Assembly (NCBI GenBank): GCA_964583075.1
Contig: CAZOUW010000003.1
Span: forward strand, 6,925 to 70,924
Source of the DNA: an uncultured Candidatus Saccharibacteria bacterium
GTDB taxonomy: Bacteria > Patescibacteriota > Saccharimonadia > Saccharimonadales > JAGQNJ01
Length of the DNA stretch: 64,000 nt
Reading direction: 5' to 3'
The stretch's first letter is position 1, and every line of letters begins with the position of its first letter. Shown one piece after another: positions 39,268-48,141 of the stretch. The notes under the pieces are model-generated. The model saw only the letters and a list, made by a program, of their open reading frames with translations, was not told the origin of the DNA and did not search any database. The position numbers and the translations under genes are program-made.

Positions 39268-39515
39268 CCACCACGGCTAGCCTCTCATAGGGAATGTGGA
39301 ACCTTTTTGATCGAGAAGGTACTTTCTGACGTTGTCGCCTCGCTACGCGAGAGCACACTAATGAAATCGATTTGGTTGGGAGATACCATCAATCTCTCAC
39401 TGGAGTGAGGTTGCATGACGTCGTTTGGCAAACGCCGAACAACTCTGCAATCTCCTCCTAACGATCCTTAGAGTAATAGCTAAGCTGATGAGCTGTACAG
39501 GCAGCGAAATCGTCA

Positions 39516-40496
39516 TTACTTTTCCCAATTAAAATCACTATGACCAAAGTGACCATAACGAGCTGTTTTTTCAAACTGTGGTTTTTTAAGATCAAGCCAT
39601 TTGACTATACCATTTGGTGACAAATCATAGCCCTTAACCTCTTTTTGAACGCCATCAATAATCACGGTTGCTTCAAGCGGTTGATTATAGCCAATTGCAT
39701 AGGCAAGGTAGCAATATACTTCCTTGGCTTTGTGTTTACGCAAGTAATCTACAGCAATCTTCCTCGCAGCATAGGCCGCCGAACGGTCCACCTTGCTGGC
39801 ATCCTTGCCACTAAAACAGCCGCCGCCAATCGGCACTGACGGGCCATAGTTATCAACTACGAGCTTACGGCCAGTAAGGCCAGTGTCAGCATCAAAACCA
39901 CCAATATGCCAATCCCCGGCTGGATTAACGTGCAACACGATGTCTTTGCCAGGATCAGCCTGTTTCTCTTGTTTCAGCCAAGATTGCACGGCTTCTGTTA
40001 GTTCTGATTTACCGGCATTTTGAAAACTAGCAACAACCGATTGAATTTTGCCATCTTTAAGAGTCACCTGCGTTTTGCCGTCATACGGCCACTTTTCAAA
40101 TAAGTACTGGTTCAGTTTACGACTTAGTACAACCTCTAATGGCAAAAGTTCATTTGTATCGCTACACGCATAGCCAACCATGATACCTTGATCGCCCGCA
40201 CCGCCAGTATCTACACCCTGCGCAATCTCTGGACTTTGCTTAACAATCCTTACTTCGCACTCAACATCTCCAGCAATACGCTCAACGATTGGTTCAACCC
40301 GTACATCCGCCTTACTCGTTACCTCACCTACCACAAAGACTTTGCCGTGGCCACCAACTGCTTCTACTGCAACCCGCGAGTTTGCATCTTTAGCCAAATA
40401 AGCATCTAAGATTGCATCCGAGATTTGATCACACAACTTGTCAGGATGCTTTGGTGATACGCTCTCAGCAGTTTTATATTTGATTTGTGCAGACAT
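39516..40496 (-). CDS. metK: S-adenosylmethionine synthetase, compact form (326 aa)
   Basis: ESVSPKHPDKLCDQISDAILDA, GAGDQGIMVGYA, DADTGLTGRKLVVDNYG, GGGCFSGKDASKVDRSAAYAAR. Confidence 0.95.
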   Translation of the reverse strand: MSAQIKYKTAESVSPKHPDKLCDQISDAILDAYLAKDANSRVAVEAVGGHGKVFVVGEVTSKADVRVEPIVERIAGDVECEVRIVKQSPEIAQGVDTGGAGDQGIMVGYACSDTNELLPLEVVLSRKLNQYLFEKWPYDGKTQVTLKDGKIQSVVASFQNAGKSELTEAVQSWLKQEKQADPGKDIVLHVNPAGDWHIGGFDADTGLTGRKLVVDNYGPSVPIGGGCFSGKDASKVDRSAAYAARKIAVDYLRKHKAKEVYCYLAYAIGYNQPLEATVIIDGVQKEVKGYDLSPNGIVKWLDLKKPQFEKTARYGHFGHSDFNWEK

Positions 40497-40672
40497 GAAA
40501 AAACTCCTTTCTATCTGCCCCGCATGGACAAAGTAAGGAGTTATTTAACTTCATTATCTTCCCCACGTGCGGGCTGAACTTAGCACCTTTTTCGTGTTTT
40601 GACGAATAGGTTGCTGGCAGGTCAACGGGTCAGATCCCTTACTGCTCTCTTGATAGTGATTAAATTGTTAAC
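40497..40672 (-). promoter_or_regulatory. SAM-I (S-box) riboswitch in the metK leader, probably acting on translation
   Basis: The minus strand reads CACUAUCAAGAGAGCAGUAAGGGAUCUGACCCGUUGACCUGCCAGCAACC...AAGGUGCUAAGUUCAGC...GAAGAUAAUGA, matching the SAM-I core. Downstream, AACUCCUU can pair with the RBS AAGGAGUU just before the AUG. Confidence 0.85.
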
Positions 40673-40678
40673 TCACGC

Positions 40679-40707
40679 ATTGTAGCAATTTATGTTTATG
40701 CTTGCAA
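40679..40707 (-). promoter_or_regulatory. metK promoter
   Basis: Minus strand: TTGCAA, 17-nt spacer, TACAAT, immediately upstream of the riboswitch. Confidence 0.5.
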
Positions 40708-40742
40708 CTTTGTGTACCTGCAAAATAATATGTAGTAAGTAT

Positions 40743-41369
40743 ATGGCAAGTGATCGCGAACAATACAATAGAGCCCTAAAGAAGTGGGATCAATTAAAAG
40801 CTGATGAGTACTTGAGTACCCCTCCTCACCTGGGATGCATCGCAATCTTTTGCTCATACGTTGTTATTGATTCAATTGGAGACAAGCCGTACAAAAAAGG
40901 ACGCCGAGATGTCAAAGCCTTTCGCAAAGAAGCGTTCTCGCTTGCCGAAAGGTTTGAAGCGCATAATCATCGTACTGAGGTTATCCTCAACGCAGGCCTG
41001 ACAGACTTTGATGCAGTATTGCAAGATCCTGCCGTTAGTGACATCGTTACCATAGGACATGGAGATATAAGCTCTGTAATCGTGAGCAGCAATGACGGTT
41101 CAACAATCCTTGACTGGCTTGATGTATCGGTGGCTGCTGATCATCTTAAAACTGGTCAGTTTATTCAGCGCCAATGTGGCAATTTTAACAGAGCCCTGGC
41201 CATTCCTCTTGGAATGTTTAGCGTTAGTAGACACTGTGATGTTGTTGCCGCATCTGGGATAGCATTTAAGCCATCTGGGCTTGACCACCCAGCCAACGAT
41301 TTGCTTGGACCCGTTACCGATGACATTCGTTTACAGTATGGAGACGCGAAAGAAACCTTTAGCTATTAA
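40743..41369 (+). CDS. Hypothetical protein (208 aa from the Met at 40743)
   Basis: ORF; the track start at 40692 lies inside the metK promoter. No motif recognised. Confidence 0.5.
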   Translation: MASDREQYNRALKKWDQLKADEYLSTPPHLGCIAIFCSYVVIDSIGDKPYKKGRRDVKAFRKEAFSLAERFEAHNHRTEVILNAGLTDFDAVLQDPAVSDIVTIGHGDISSVIVSSNDGSTILDWLDVSVAADHLKTGQFIQRQCGNFNRALAIPLGMFSVSRHCDVVAASGIAFKPSGLDHPANDLLGPVTDDIRLQYGDAKETFSY

Positions 41370-41388
41370 TAGACCGGAACTATCAACC

Positions 41389-41901
41389 TTACCACCCGCC
41401 CTTAATACGGAAAGATTTGATTATCAAACCGTCGAGTAAAAGGTGACTAAAATACCCTGCGACAGCAGCACAATAAAATAGTACTCCGGGTAGTAAATTA
41501 TCAGGTTGATACAAGTACGGCACTAATAATATTGGTAACGGAATTACAAGCATGGCCCATTTTTTGTGTGTCCAACCACGATGTTTGCCAATAATTGGGG
41601 TCATGGCTAGGAGCCCCAAGTAAGCCGCAGCCTCAAGATAACCGAAAGCGATAAGCAGAATATCTAACACAAATGCTGCTCCAAAAAAAATATCTTGGGC
41701 CTTCGAGTTAGTATCTATATCCGGCCATAGCCCAAATAGCATAGCAACGACAAACAACGCCGCAACCATTTGCCAATTACTAAGTATCCCACCGGTTTTT
41801 GCCAGCCATGCTACTGGCAAGAGTGTCACGCCAATCATAAAAACTGCACAAATCACAACCGCACCACCTATATGTCCTTTGTAATCAGCCATTATTAACA
41901 A
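41389..41901 (-). CDS. YdjM-family membrane-bound metal-dependent hydrolase
   Basis: Multi-TM protein with WPDIDTNS, HRGWTH and SHLLLDG motifs. Confidence 0.7.
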   Translation of the reverse strand: MLIMADYKGHIGGAVVICAVFMIGVTLLPVAWLAKTGGILSNWQMVAALFVVAMLFGLWPDIDTNSKAQDIFFGAAFVLDILLIAFGYLEAAAYLGLLAMTPIIGKHRGWTHKKWAMLVIPLPILLVPYLYQPDNLLPGVLFYCAAVAGYFSHLLLDGLIIKSFRIKGGW

Positions 41902-41988
41902 GCATTATGGTATTAGTACTGTCAAAAGTAAACGTATACCGGTTTGACTTTAATAAGCATAACCTTTTTAATATTGAGTAAATACACT

Positions 41989-43389
41989 ATGGATCCTCAA
42001 GACCAAATAAATCCAGAACAACCCCTCAGCTCAGAGCCAACGGAGCCCATGCAAGTCACGCCACCAAACAACCCACAAGCATTACCAAAATTACCTGATC
42101 CGCCTATGGTAGCGGGCCCACAAGTATTCGGGCCCCAGACACCATCAAACATAGCACCCTCCCCTAACACTAGTGAGACACCAGGCGTAGCACCACCATC
42201 AAACAGCCCAAGCAATCAAACACCACAAGTATTTCAGTTTGGCCAACCAAGCCCACCAGCATCTGCAGCTTCTAAGGTGAAGTTGGTTGGATCAAAAAGA
42301 CGGTTATTACCAATATTTACCATTATATTTCTAATCATTCTGGTCCTGGGAAGCGCCGCCGCCTTTGCATACTACACTGTGATGAATAGCAAACCAGAGA
42401 AAGTCTTGGCAGATGCCATCAGCAACACCATGAAGGATCTATTGGATCGCAAGCCAAGCTCTATGATTGGTACGCTCAAGTACGAGTTCAAAGACGATAT
42501 TCCGGGTACTATAACCCTAGACTACAACTCAAAAATGGATGGCGACAACTCCCAACATGAAGCATCGCTAAATCTTAAGTATGATAAGATCGACGCAACT
42601 ATAAAAGGTGCAGTTACAACAATTGGTGACGAAGAAGTATACATAAAATTTGATGATCTACAAAAATCGATAGATCAAATCACTAATAATGAACCAATGT
42701 ACGGGATGCTTACCGAACAATATAAGCCAATCATAGAAAAAATTGATGGCAAATGGATTAAGATTGATAAAGAAAGCCTGGTTGAATATGGCTTTGTGCA
42801 GTCACAAGAGCAGGTTGATAAATGCTCTGCCGCCGTTACAAACCTAAGAATTTCAAAAGAAGATCAAAAAAAGCTCAAGAATTTATTCTTAGCAAATCAA
42901 TTCTTAGTCGCATCGGAGAAGTTGCCAAAAGAATCCATCGATAGCGAGACTAGCTACCACTATAAGATCGATTTTAACGAAGAGGCGTCAATTCAATTCA
43001 CAAAATCAGTTGTTGAGCTTGACTCGTTCAAGACAGTCAAGGCTGACTGCGAACTAAAGCCAGAAGATTTTGATAAACAGGTTGAGGATCTAAAAAATAA
43101 CGCCCAGGCAAATTCTAATGAGGTAAAACCGGTTGCTGAGCTTTGGGTAGGGCGCAAAACTCGCCGCCCGACTAAGCTAAAAATAACTACCAGCGAAGAA
43201 ACGATAACGGTTGATTTTGTTGCCACCATTAAGATTGATGACAAAGGTATAAAAGTTGAAGCACCAAGCGAATCCATCAACATCAAAGATCTGAAAGCTG
43301 ATATTGAAGCTCTTGCGTCACCATCCGCTAGCACGAGCACAGATAGCAATGACTCTCAAGAGCCTACTCTGGAAACAACTCTTAATTAA
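41989..43389 (+). CDS. Hypothetical membrane-anchored protein with Pro-rich N-terminus
   Basis: ATG at 41989; Pro/Gln-rich 100 aa, TM (LLPIFTIIFLIILVLGSAAAFAYY), then an outer domain of about 330 aa. Confidence 0.65.
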   Translation: MDPQDQINPEQPLSSEPTEPMQVTPPNNPQALPKLPDPPMVAGPQVFGPQTPSNIAPSPNTSETPGVAPPSNSPSNQTPQVFQFGQPSPPASAASKVKLVGSKRRLLPIFTIIFLIILVLGSAAAFAYYTVMNSKPEKVLADAISNTMKDLLDRKPSSMIGTLKYEFKDDIPGTITLDYNSKMDGDNSQHEASLNLKYDKIDATIKGAVTTIGDEEVYIKFDDLQKSIDQITNNEPMYGMLTEQYKPIIEKIDGKWIKIDKESLVEYGFVQSQEQVDKCSAAVTNLRISKEDQKKLKNLFLANQFLVASEKLPKESIDSETSYHYKIDFNEEASIQFTKSVVELDSFKTVKADCELKPEDFDKQVEDLKNNAQANSNEVKPVAELWVGRKTRRPTKLKITTSEETITVDFVATIKIDDKGIKVEAPSESINIKDLKADIEALASPSASTSTDSNDSQEPTLETTLN

Positions 43390-43410
43390 TCAAAGGACTC
43401 TCTGTGCAAA

Positions 43411-45111
43411 CTAATGCCCAGCGGCCGGACTTGCTGACTTTTCAAGTTGGCGCGTATTTGGCATTAAGCTTGATACAGCAAAGGCCATAAGCATAAAGCC
43501 TGCCGTATAGAACATCGCCTGTTTACTGGCATCCGCAGATGCTTGATGAGCGATTCTTGTTAGTTCGTCTTTGACGGCTGTAGGTAGAGATTGCGTAGCG
43601 TTATCAGCGCCTGCACCACCAAGCTCAACACTCGACGCCCGTGAAGAAACCGACTGTGCAATAGCTGGCTTCATGTTGTCAGGGATGACTTGACTGTCTG
43701 TTACGCCAGCAACAAGACCGCTTGCAAGCGATGTTAACACAACAGCACCAATAATCGCTGACCCAAAAGACGTACCGATCTGTCTGATCGTATTATTAAC
43801 ACCTGACGCTTCGCCCGACTGCTCAACTGAAACAGCTGACAACGTCATATTGCTAGCCTGAGCAAAAACCAGCCCCATACCAAGACCAAACAGCGCTAAA
43901 CCAGGCGCAAGATGAAGTGCTGTTGCAGTTGGACTCAGCAGAGCCATAATCAGAAGACTGGCAAGCGTTGCAATCAGTAAGCCAGTCTGGATTAATCGTT
44001 TAGGTGTAACAAATTTAGTAAGCGCAGCTGATGTTGGTGCCGTTACAAGTACGGCCAAAGACAATGGCACAAGCGCCAGCCCAGTATGCAGTGCATCCAA
44101 GTTCTGGACCGATTGCAAGAAAACCGGCAATGCAAAAATAGTACCAGTCATACCAAGCGACATCAACGCGACTGTTGATGAGCCTGACGTAAATTGTCGA
44201 TTCTTAAAGAGACCAAGGGATACGAGCGGTGTATTGCCCTTGTTCTCAGTATAATTTTCCCACCAAGCAAACAGCGCAAGCAATATAGCACCAATAGCAA
44301 TTGCTACAGGAGTGATTGATAGTCCGCTTGGTAAAGCATCAAAACCAAAAATTAGGTACGGTTTCGTTGCAACCCACCAACCGTAGGTTGATGATTCAAT
44401 AATACCGTACACAAAGGCAAGTAAACCCGTCGCAGACAATATGATGCCCAGCACATCAAGGTGTTTTTTCTCGGACCGGTCACGAGATTCAGCAATGAAC
44501 ATTGCACCAATCAACAATACAATCGCCACCACAATATTAATTCTAAAAGCCCATCGCCAACTGTAGTTAGTTGTTAGCCAACCACCCAAGATTGGCCCGA
44601 TTGCTGATGATGCACCCGCAATACCACCCCATAAACCAAACGCGATTGCTCGATCCTTACCAGAATAATTTGCTACTAATAGTGAGGCAGTTGCTGGCAT
44701 CATTAGAGCTGCGCCAACACCTTCGATTATTGCTTCACCAGCGATCAAGACTGGCAATGTGTGACTGATTGATGTAATAAACGAGCCGATCGCAAAAATA
44801 ACTGCACCGAGCATAAACATCCGCTTGCGTCCAAACAAGTCACCCAAACGACCACCCGTAATCGTAAATGCCGCCAGCGTTAATGCATAACCCGTAATAA
44901 CCCACTGAATGCCTTGGATATTTGTATTGAGGTCCTGAACAATATTCTTGAGTGAAACATTCAAAACAGTAGTATCAATCACGATGATCATTAAGGCTAT
45001 GCTCAAAACAATCATTGGCAGCCACTTTAAGAAGCCTTTTTTATACTCAGCAGCATCTGATGCAAGCTCAGACGATTTAGTTTTTGAGAGTTTCTTTTTA
45101 ATTTTTTCCAT
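43411..45111 (-). CDS. MFS transporter, 14-TM DHA2 (EmrB/QacA-like) type
   Basis: 566 aa, about 14 hydrophobic spans, and the GRLGDLFGRKR motif A. Confidence 0.9.
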   Translation of the reverse strand: MEKIKKKLSKTKSSELASDAAEYKKGFLKWLPMIVLSIALMIIVIDTTVLNVSLKNIVQDLNTNIQGIQWVITGYALTLAAFTITGGRLGDLFGRKRMFMLGAVIFAIGSFITSISHTLPVLIAGEAIIEGVGAALMMPATASLLVANYSGKDRAIAFGLWGGIAGASSAIGPILGGWLTTNYSWRWAFRINIVVAIVLLIGAMFIAESRDRSEKKHLDVLGIILSATGLLAFVYGIIESSTYGWWVATKPYLIFGFDALPSGLSITPVAIAIGAILLALFAWWENYTENKGNTPLVSLGLFKNRQFTSGSSTVALMSLGMTGTIFALPVFLQSVQNLDALHTGLALVPLSLAVLVTAPTSAALTKFVTPKRLIQTGLLIATLASLLIMALLSPTATALHLAPGLALFGLGMGLVFAQASNMTLSAVSVEQSGEASGVNNTIRQIGTSFGSAIIGAVVLTSLASGLVAGVTDSQVIPDNMKPAIAQSVSSRASSVELGGAGADNATQSLPTAVKDELTRIAHQASADASKQAMFYTAGFMLMAFAVSSLMPNTRQLEKSASPAAGH

Positions 45112-45120
45112 GATTCCCTT

Positions 45121-45561
45121 CTATTCTTTAGGTGATTTCAAGTTTAAGTAGTCGTGCATAATTGTAAGTGAACGCAGCAGTGCATCTTGATCTTGTTTCG
45201 ATAGCTGACGAAACATCGGCATGTAAGACTGGTTTAGAACATCGAGTGCTTCGTCGCAAACTCGCTGACCGCGTGGCGTTAAAGTTGTTATGTGCTCACG
45301 ACGATCTTCTGGGCGTGGCGTTGCTTGTAGTAGCCCGTCATCATACATAAGTTTTATCTGTCTACTAATACTAGCCTCCGTCTGGCCGAGATGTTCAGCA
45401 ATCTGCTTCTGCTGTACATTTGGTCGCCATTGCAAAGCCATCAAAATCTTAAACTGCGAAAAACCAATTCCAAGCGCATCCTGCAGAATGTCATCATTTT
45501 GACGGGCAAGTGATAGCGCTATTTTTTGTAGTAGAAAACCAATGTTGTTTGAAGGCTTCAT
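45121..45561 (-). CDS. MarR-family transcriptional regulator
   Basis: 146 aa; winged-helix region QKQIAEHLGQTEASISRQIKLMYDDGLL...DRREHITTLTPRG. 9 nt upstream of the MFS gene. Confidence 0.9.
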   Translation of the reverse strand: MKPSNNIGFLLQKIALSLARQNDDILQDALGIGFSQFKILMALQWRPNVQQKQIAEHLGQTEASISRQIKLMYDDGLLQATPRPEDRREHITTLTPRGQRVCDEALDVLNQSYMPMFRQLSKQDQDALLRSLTIMHDYLNLKSPKE

Positions 45562-45604
45562 ATGATACTCCTACTTTATAGTTTACGTGTTAACTATTAA
45601 CGTG

Positions 45605-46390
45605 TCAAGTATTGTTGATAATTTTCGAAAGTTTATGCCACGATTCAATTGATAGCTCTTGAGCACGAGCATCAACCCTAATTCCGGCCTTCTGCAAATA
45701 CTGTTCTACTGCATCTTTATTGATACCTAACCCTCCAGCTAAACTCGTACGCAGTTTTTTACGCTTTTGCTCAAAACCAGCTTTTACTAATTTAGTAAAA
45801 CTCTCGTCTACTTCAAAAAGTGGTTGATTGCGTCTGATTAATATCAAAATTTGTGAATCAACTTTTGGTGGTGGCACAAAAAGATGAGCGGGTACAATCT
45901 GGCCAAGTGACACTTCATAATAGATCTGCGTAAATATAGCCACAAGACTTAGGTTACCCTCATGAGATGCAACCTTCTGCGCAACCTCTTTTTGCACCAA
46001 AAGTACTGCTTTTGATGGCTTATTCGTTGAATCTGCCAGTTTTCTAAGCAAGTTTGCTGTCAGGTAGTAAGGGATATTAGCCACAATTTTGTAGTCTTCT
46101 GGGAGCAAACCCAAATCAAACGTGCGAATATCGCCCTGGATAACATCAATGTAACTATTCTGGCTATACTTGTGACTGAGCTCTTTACATCGTTGCGCGT
46201 CGAATTCTAGTGCTGTAATGTGTGCGCCACTTAAAATCAGCTCTTCAGTCAGTGTGCCCGTCCCTGGACCAATCTCCAACACAGTGTCTGTGCTCATTAT
46301 ATGCCCGGCCATTGCCATAGCTTCAAGACTTGCCTGATCCTCAAGCCAATGCTGACCTAATGCCTTTTTTGCAAATGGCAAGCTGCTCAT
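45605..46390 (-). CDS. rsmA: 16S rRNA (adenine1518/1519-N6)-dimethyltransferase
   Basis: LGQHWL and VLEIGPGTGTLT SAM motif, plus ANIPYY. Confidence 0.93.
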   Translation of the reverse strand: MSSLPFAKKALGQHWLEDQASLEAMAMAGHIMSTDTVLEIGPGTGTLTEELILSGAHITALEFDAQRCKELSHKYSQNSYIDVIQGDIRTFDLGLLPEDYKIVANIPYYLTANLLRKLADSTNKPSKAVLLVQKEVAQKVASHEGNLSLVAIFTQIYYEVSLGQIVPAHLFVPPPKVDSQILILIRRNQPLFEVDESFTKLVKAGFEQKRKKLRTSLAGGLGINKDAVEQYLQKAGIRVDARAQELSIESWHKLSKIINNT

Positions 46391-46396
46391 AAAACT

Positions 46397-47629
46397 TTAG
46401 TACCAACCACGAGACTGAGAAGTAGACCAGGCTGCACACGGCGTACCGTATCTGCCCGCAATATAGCCCATACCCCACGTTATTTGTGTTGCTGGATTCG
46501 TTGCCCAGTCAGCGCCCACACTTGCCATTTTGCTACCTGGCAACGCCTGCGGGATACCGTAAGCCCCAGTACTCGGATTGCCCGATGTTGTATTCCAGCC
46601 AGACTCCTTCTGCCACAGCTGGTATAAGCAATACCATTGCTCACCGGTCCAACCACGGCCAGCTGCTAATTGCTCGCCGATCTTAACGTTCTCTGACGGA
46701 TTACTAATGATAATCTTCGTACCCCGTGCGATCAGCTTGCGCTGAGGTTGAATTGTAATAATTTCTTGAAGCTTGGTCCGGCTCACTTCAACACCGTTTT
46801 CGGTCTTAATCTCGTAAGTTACGACTTTTTTACCCGGTGAACCTGGCTCTTTTTCTTCAGTTGAACCACGAATGATGTTTGGATCATCAGTATACTCGAC
46901 TGGTGCTGCAATCTCCTCTTCAGCCGTCGCAATCTGTTGACCTTCCCGTGTAATTGTTACGTTCATGTCATTTCTGAGTGGGGTGTCAGCAGCCGGCGAA
47001 ACTGTATCGCTTGGCGAAACTTGAATATTCTTTTCTTTTAGAAGGTCACCTACCGTCTTGGATTGAGTACGTATGCCGCTAACATTACCGTAAAGAATTA
47101 ACGTTAGTGGTGTTGCTCGATCAATAACGTAACGTTCGCCAACCACCCCCTCACCAAGTAGATTCTCTGGAGCTTCAGGTACAATTTTATCCTCTGGATA
47201 GACAACAACTCCTGCATTCCTAGCCGCAATCCTCGGTGACTGATCCGCCGAATTAACTACAACCTTCTTGTCTTGATCGATAATCATAACCGGACGTGAT
47301 CGATAAACGTTCACGTTAAAGTTATCACTAACGATGGCGGAGTCTAAAGATGGCTCAACCACGTCACCCTCGTTTATTTTTACATTCAATCTATCTAGTA
47401 AGTCTTGTACGGTTTTTGCCCGAGTTGGCAACGTTTGCTTTTGATTGTCAACATATACTGTAACAATACGAGAATCACTCGGCCCAACGGTACTACCACC
47501 GCCCAAAACCACGACCCCCGTCATGGTTATAAAAAACAGAACCATAAACGTTACTACTGGCACCACGAACGGATGGCTTTTCAGTGATAATATTTTGGAC
47601 TTTCGAGCTGTCTGCTTTTCCATATGCAT
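46397..47629 (-). CDS. YabE/RpfB-like wall protein: TM, DUF348 repeats, G5 domain and a C-terminal transglycosylase-like domain
   Basis: Repeated DUF348-like units (TVQDLLDRLNVKINEGDVVEP, TVGDLLKEKNIQVSPSDTVSP). G5-like segment (VEYTDDPNIIRGSTEEKEPGSPGKKVVTYE). C-terminal QKESGWN...GAYGIPQALPGSKM. Adjacent to rsmA, as in Bacillus and Mycobacterium. Confidence 0.8.
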   Translation of the reverse strand: MHMEKQTARKSKILSLKSHPFVVPVVTFMVLFFITMTGVVVLGGGSTVGPSDSRIVTVYVDNQKQTLPTRAKTVQDLLDRLNVKINEGDVVEPSLDSAIVSDNFNVNVYRSRPVMIIDQDKKVVVNSADQSPRIAARNAGVVVYPEDKIVPEAPENLLGEGVVGERYVIDRATPLTLILYGNVSGIRTQSKTVGDLLKEKNIQVSPSDTVSPAADTPLRNDMNVTITREGQQIATAEEEIAAPVEYTDDPNIIRGSTEEKEPGSPGKKVVTYEIKTENGVEVSRTKLQEIITIQPQRKLIARGTKIIISNPSENVKIGEQLAAGRGWTGEQWYCLYQLWQKESGWNTTSGNPSTGAYGIPQALPGSKMASVGADWATNPATQITWGMGYIAGRYGTPCAAWSTSQSRGWY

Positions 47630-47682
47630 ATTAAGCCACTTCTACAAGGATGTATTTTCGGCTCTTACCATTGTAGCAAATT

Positions 47683-48141
47683 TTACCTTTGTATTGTTTG
47701 TAAGGCCTGTAGTACATCGCTGGCAGAATTATCCTTATTCAACTTATCTTTATTTACCCATAAAGTGTTAGTAATTTCCATTTTTTGTCTTTTTACATCT
47801 GGCTTTTTAGTTAAGTTTACTTCGTATAGCGAATACACAAAGCTAAGCCCACTACTCTTATACTCAAAGATGCCGATCTTCTTACAAGAAGAGGGCTTCA
47901 ATACTACATTTAGTTCTTCTTTAACTTCCCGAAGTGCCGTAGTTAAAGGGTCCTCGTTGGCTTTCACACCCCCGCCCGGCAGACCCCATCTGCCACTACC
48001 AAGCCAATTTTTGACAACCAAAATTTCGTTGCCACACCGAATTAACACACGAGTTCTAGTTGTAAAACGCAATCTTAAACGCAGTGCGGGCCATGTTAAC
48101 CAAAAGATAACCCTACCAATAATCTCCCAAATACTCATCAT
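47683..48141 (-). CDS. NUDIX hydrolase
   Basis: Nudix box GLPGGGVKANEDPLTTALREVKEELN. Confidence 0.85.
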   Translation of the reverse strand: MMSIWEIIGRVIFWLTWPALRLRLRFTTRTRVLIRCGNEILVVKNWLGSGRWGLPGGGVKANEDPLTTALREVKEELNVVLKPSSCKKIGIFEYKSSGLSFVYSLYEVNLTKKPDVKRQKMEITNTLWVNKDKLNKDNSASDVLQALQTIQR

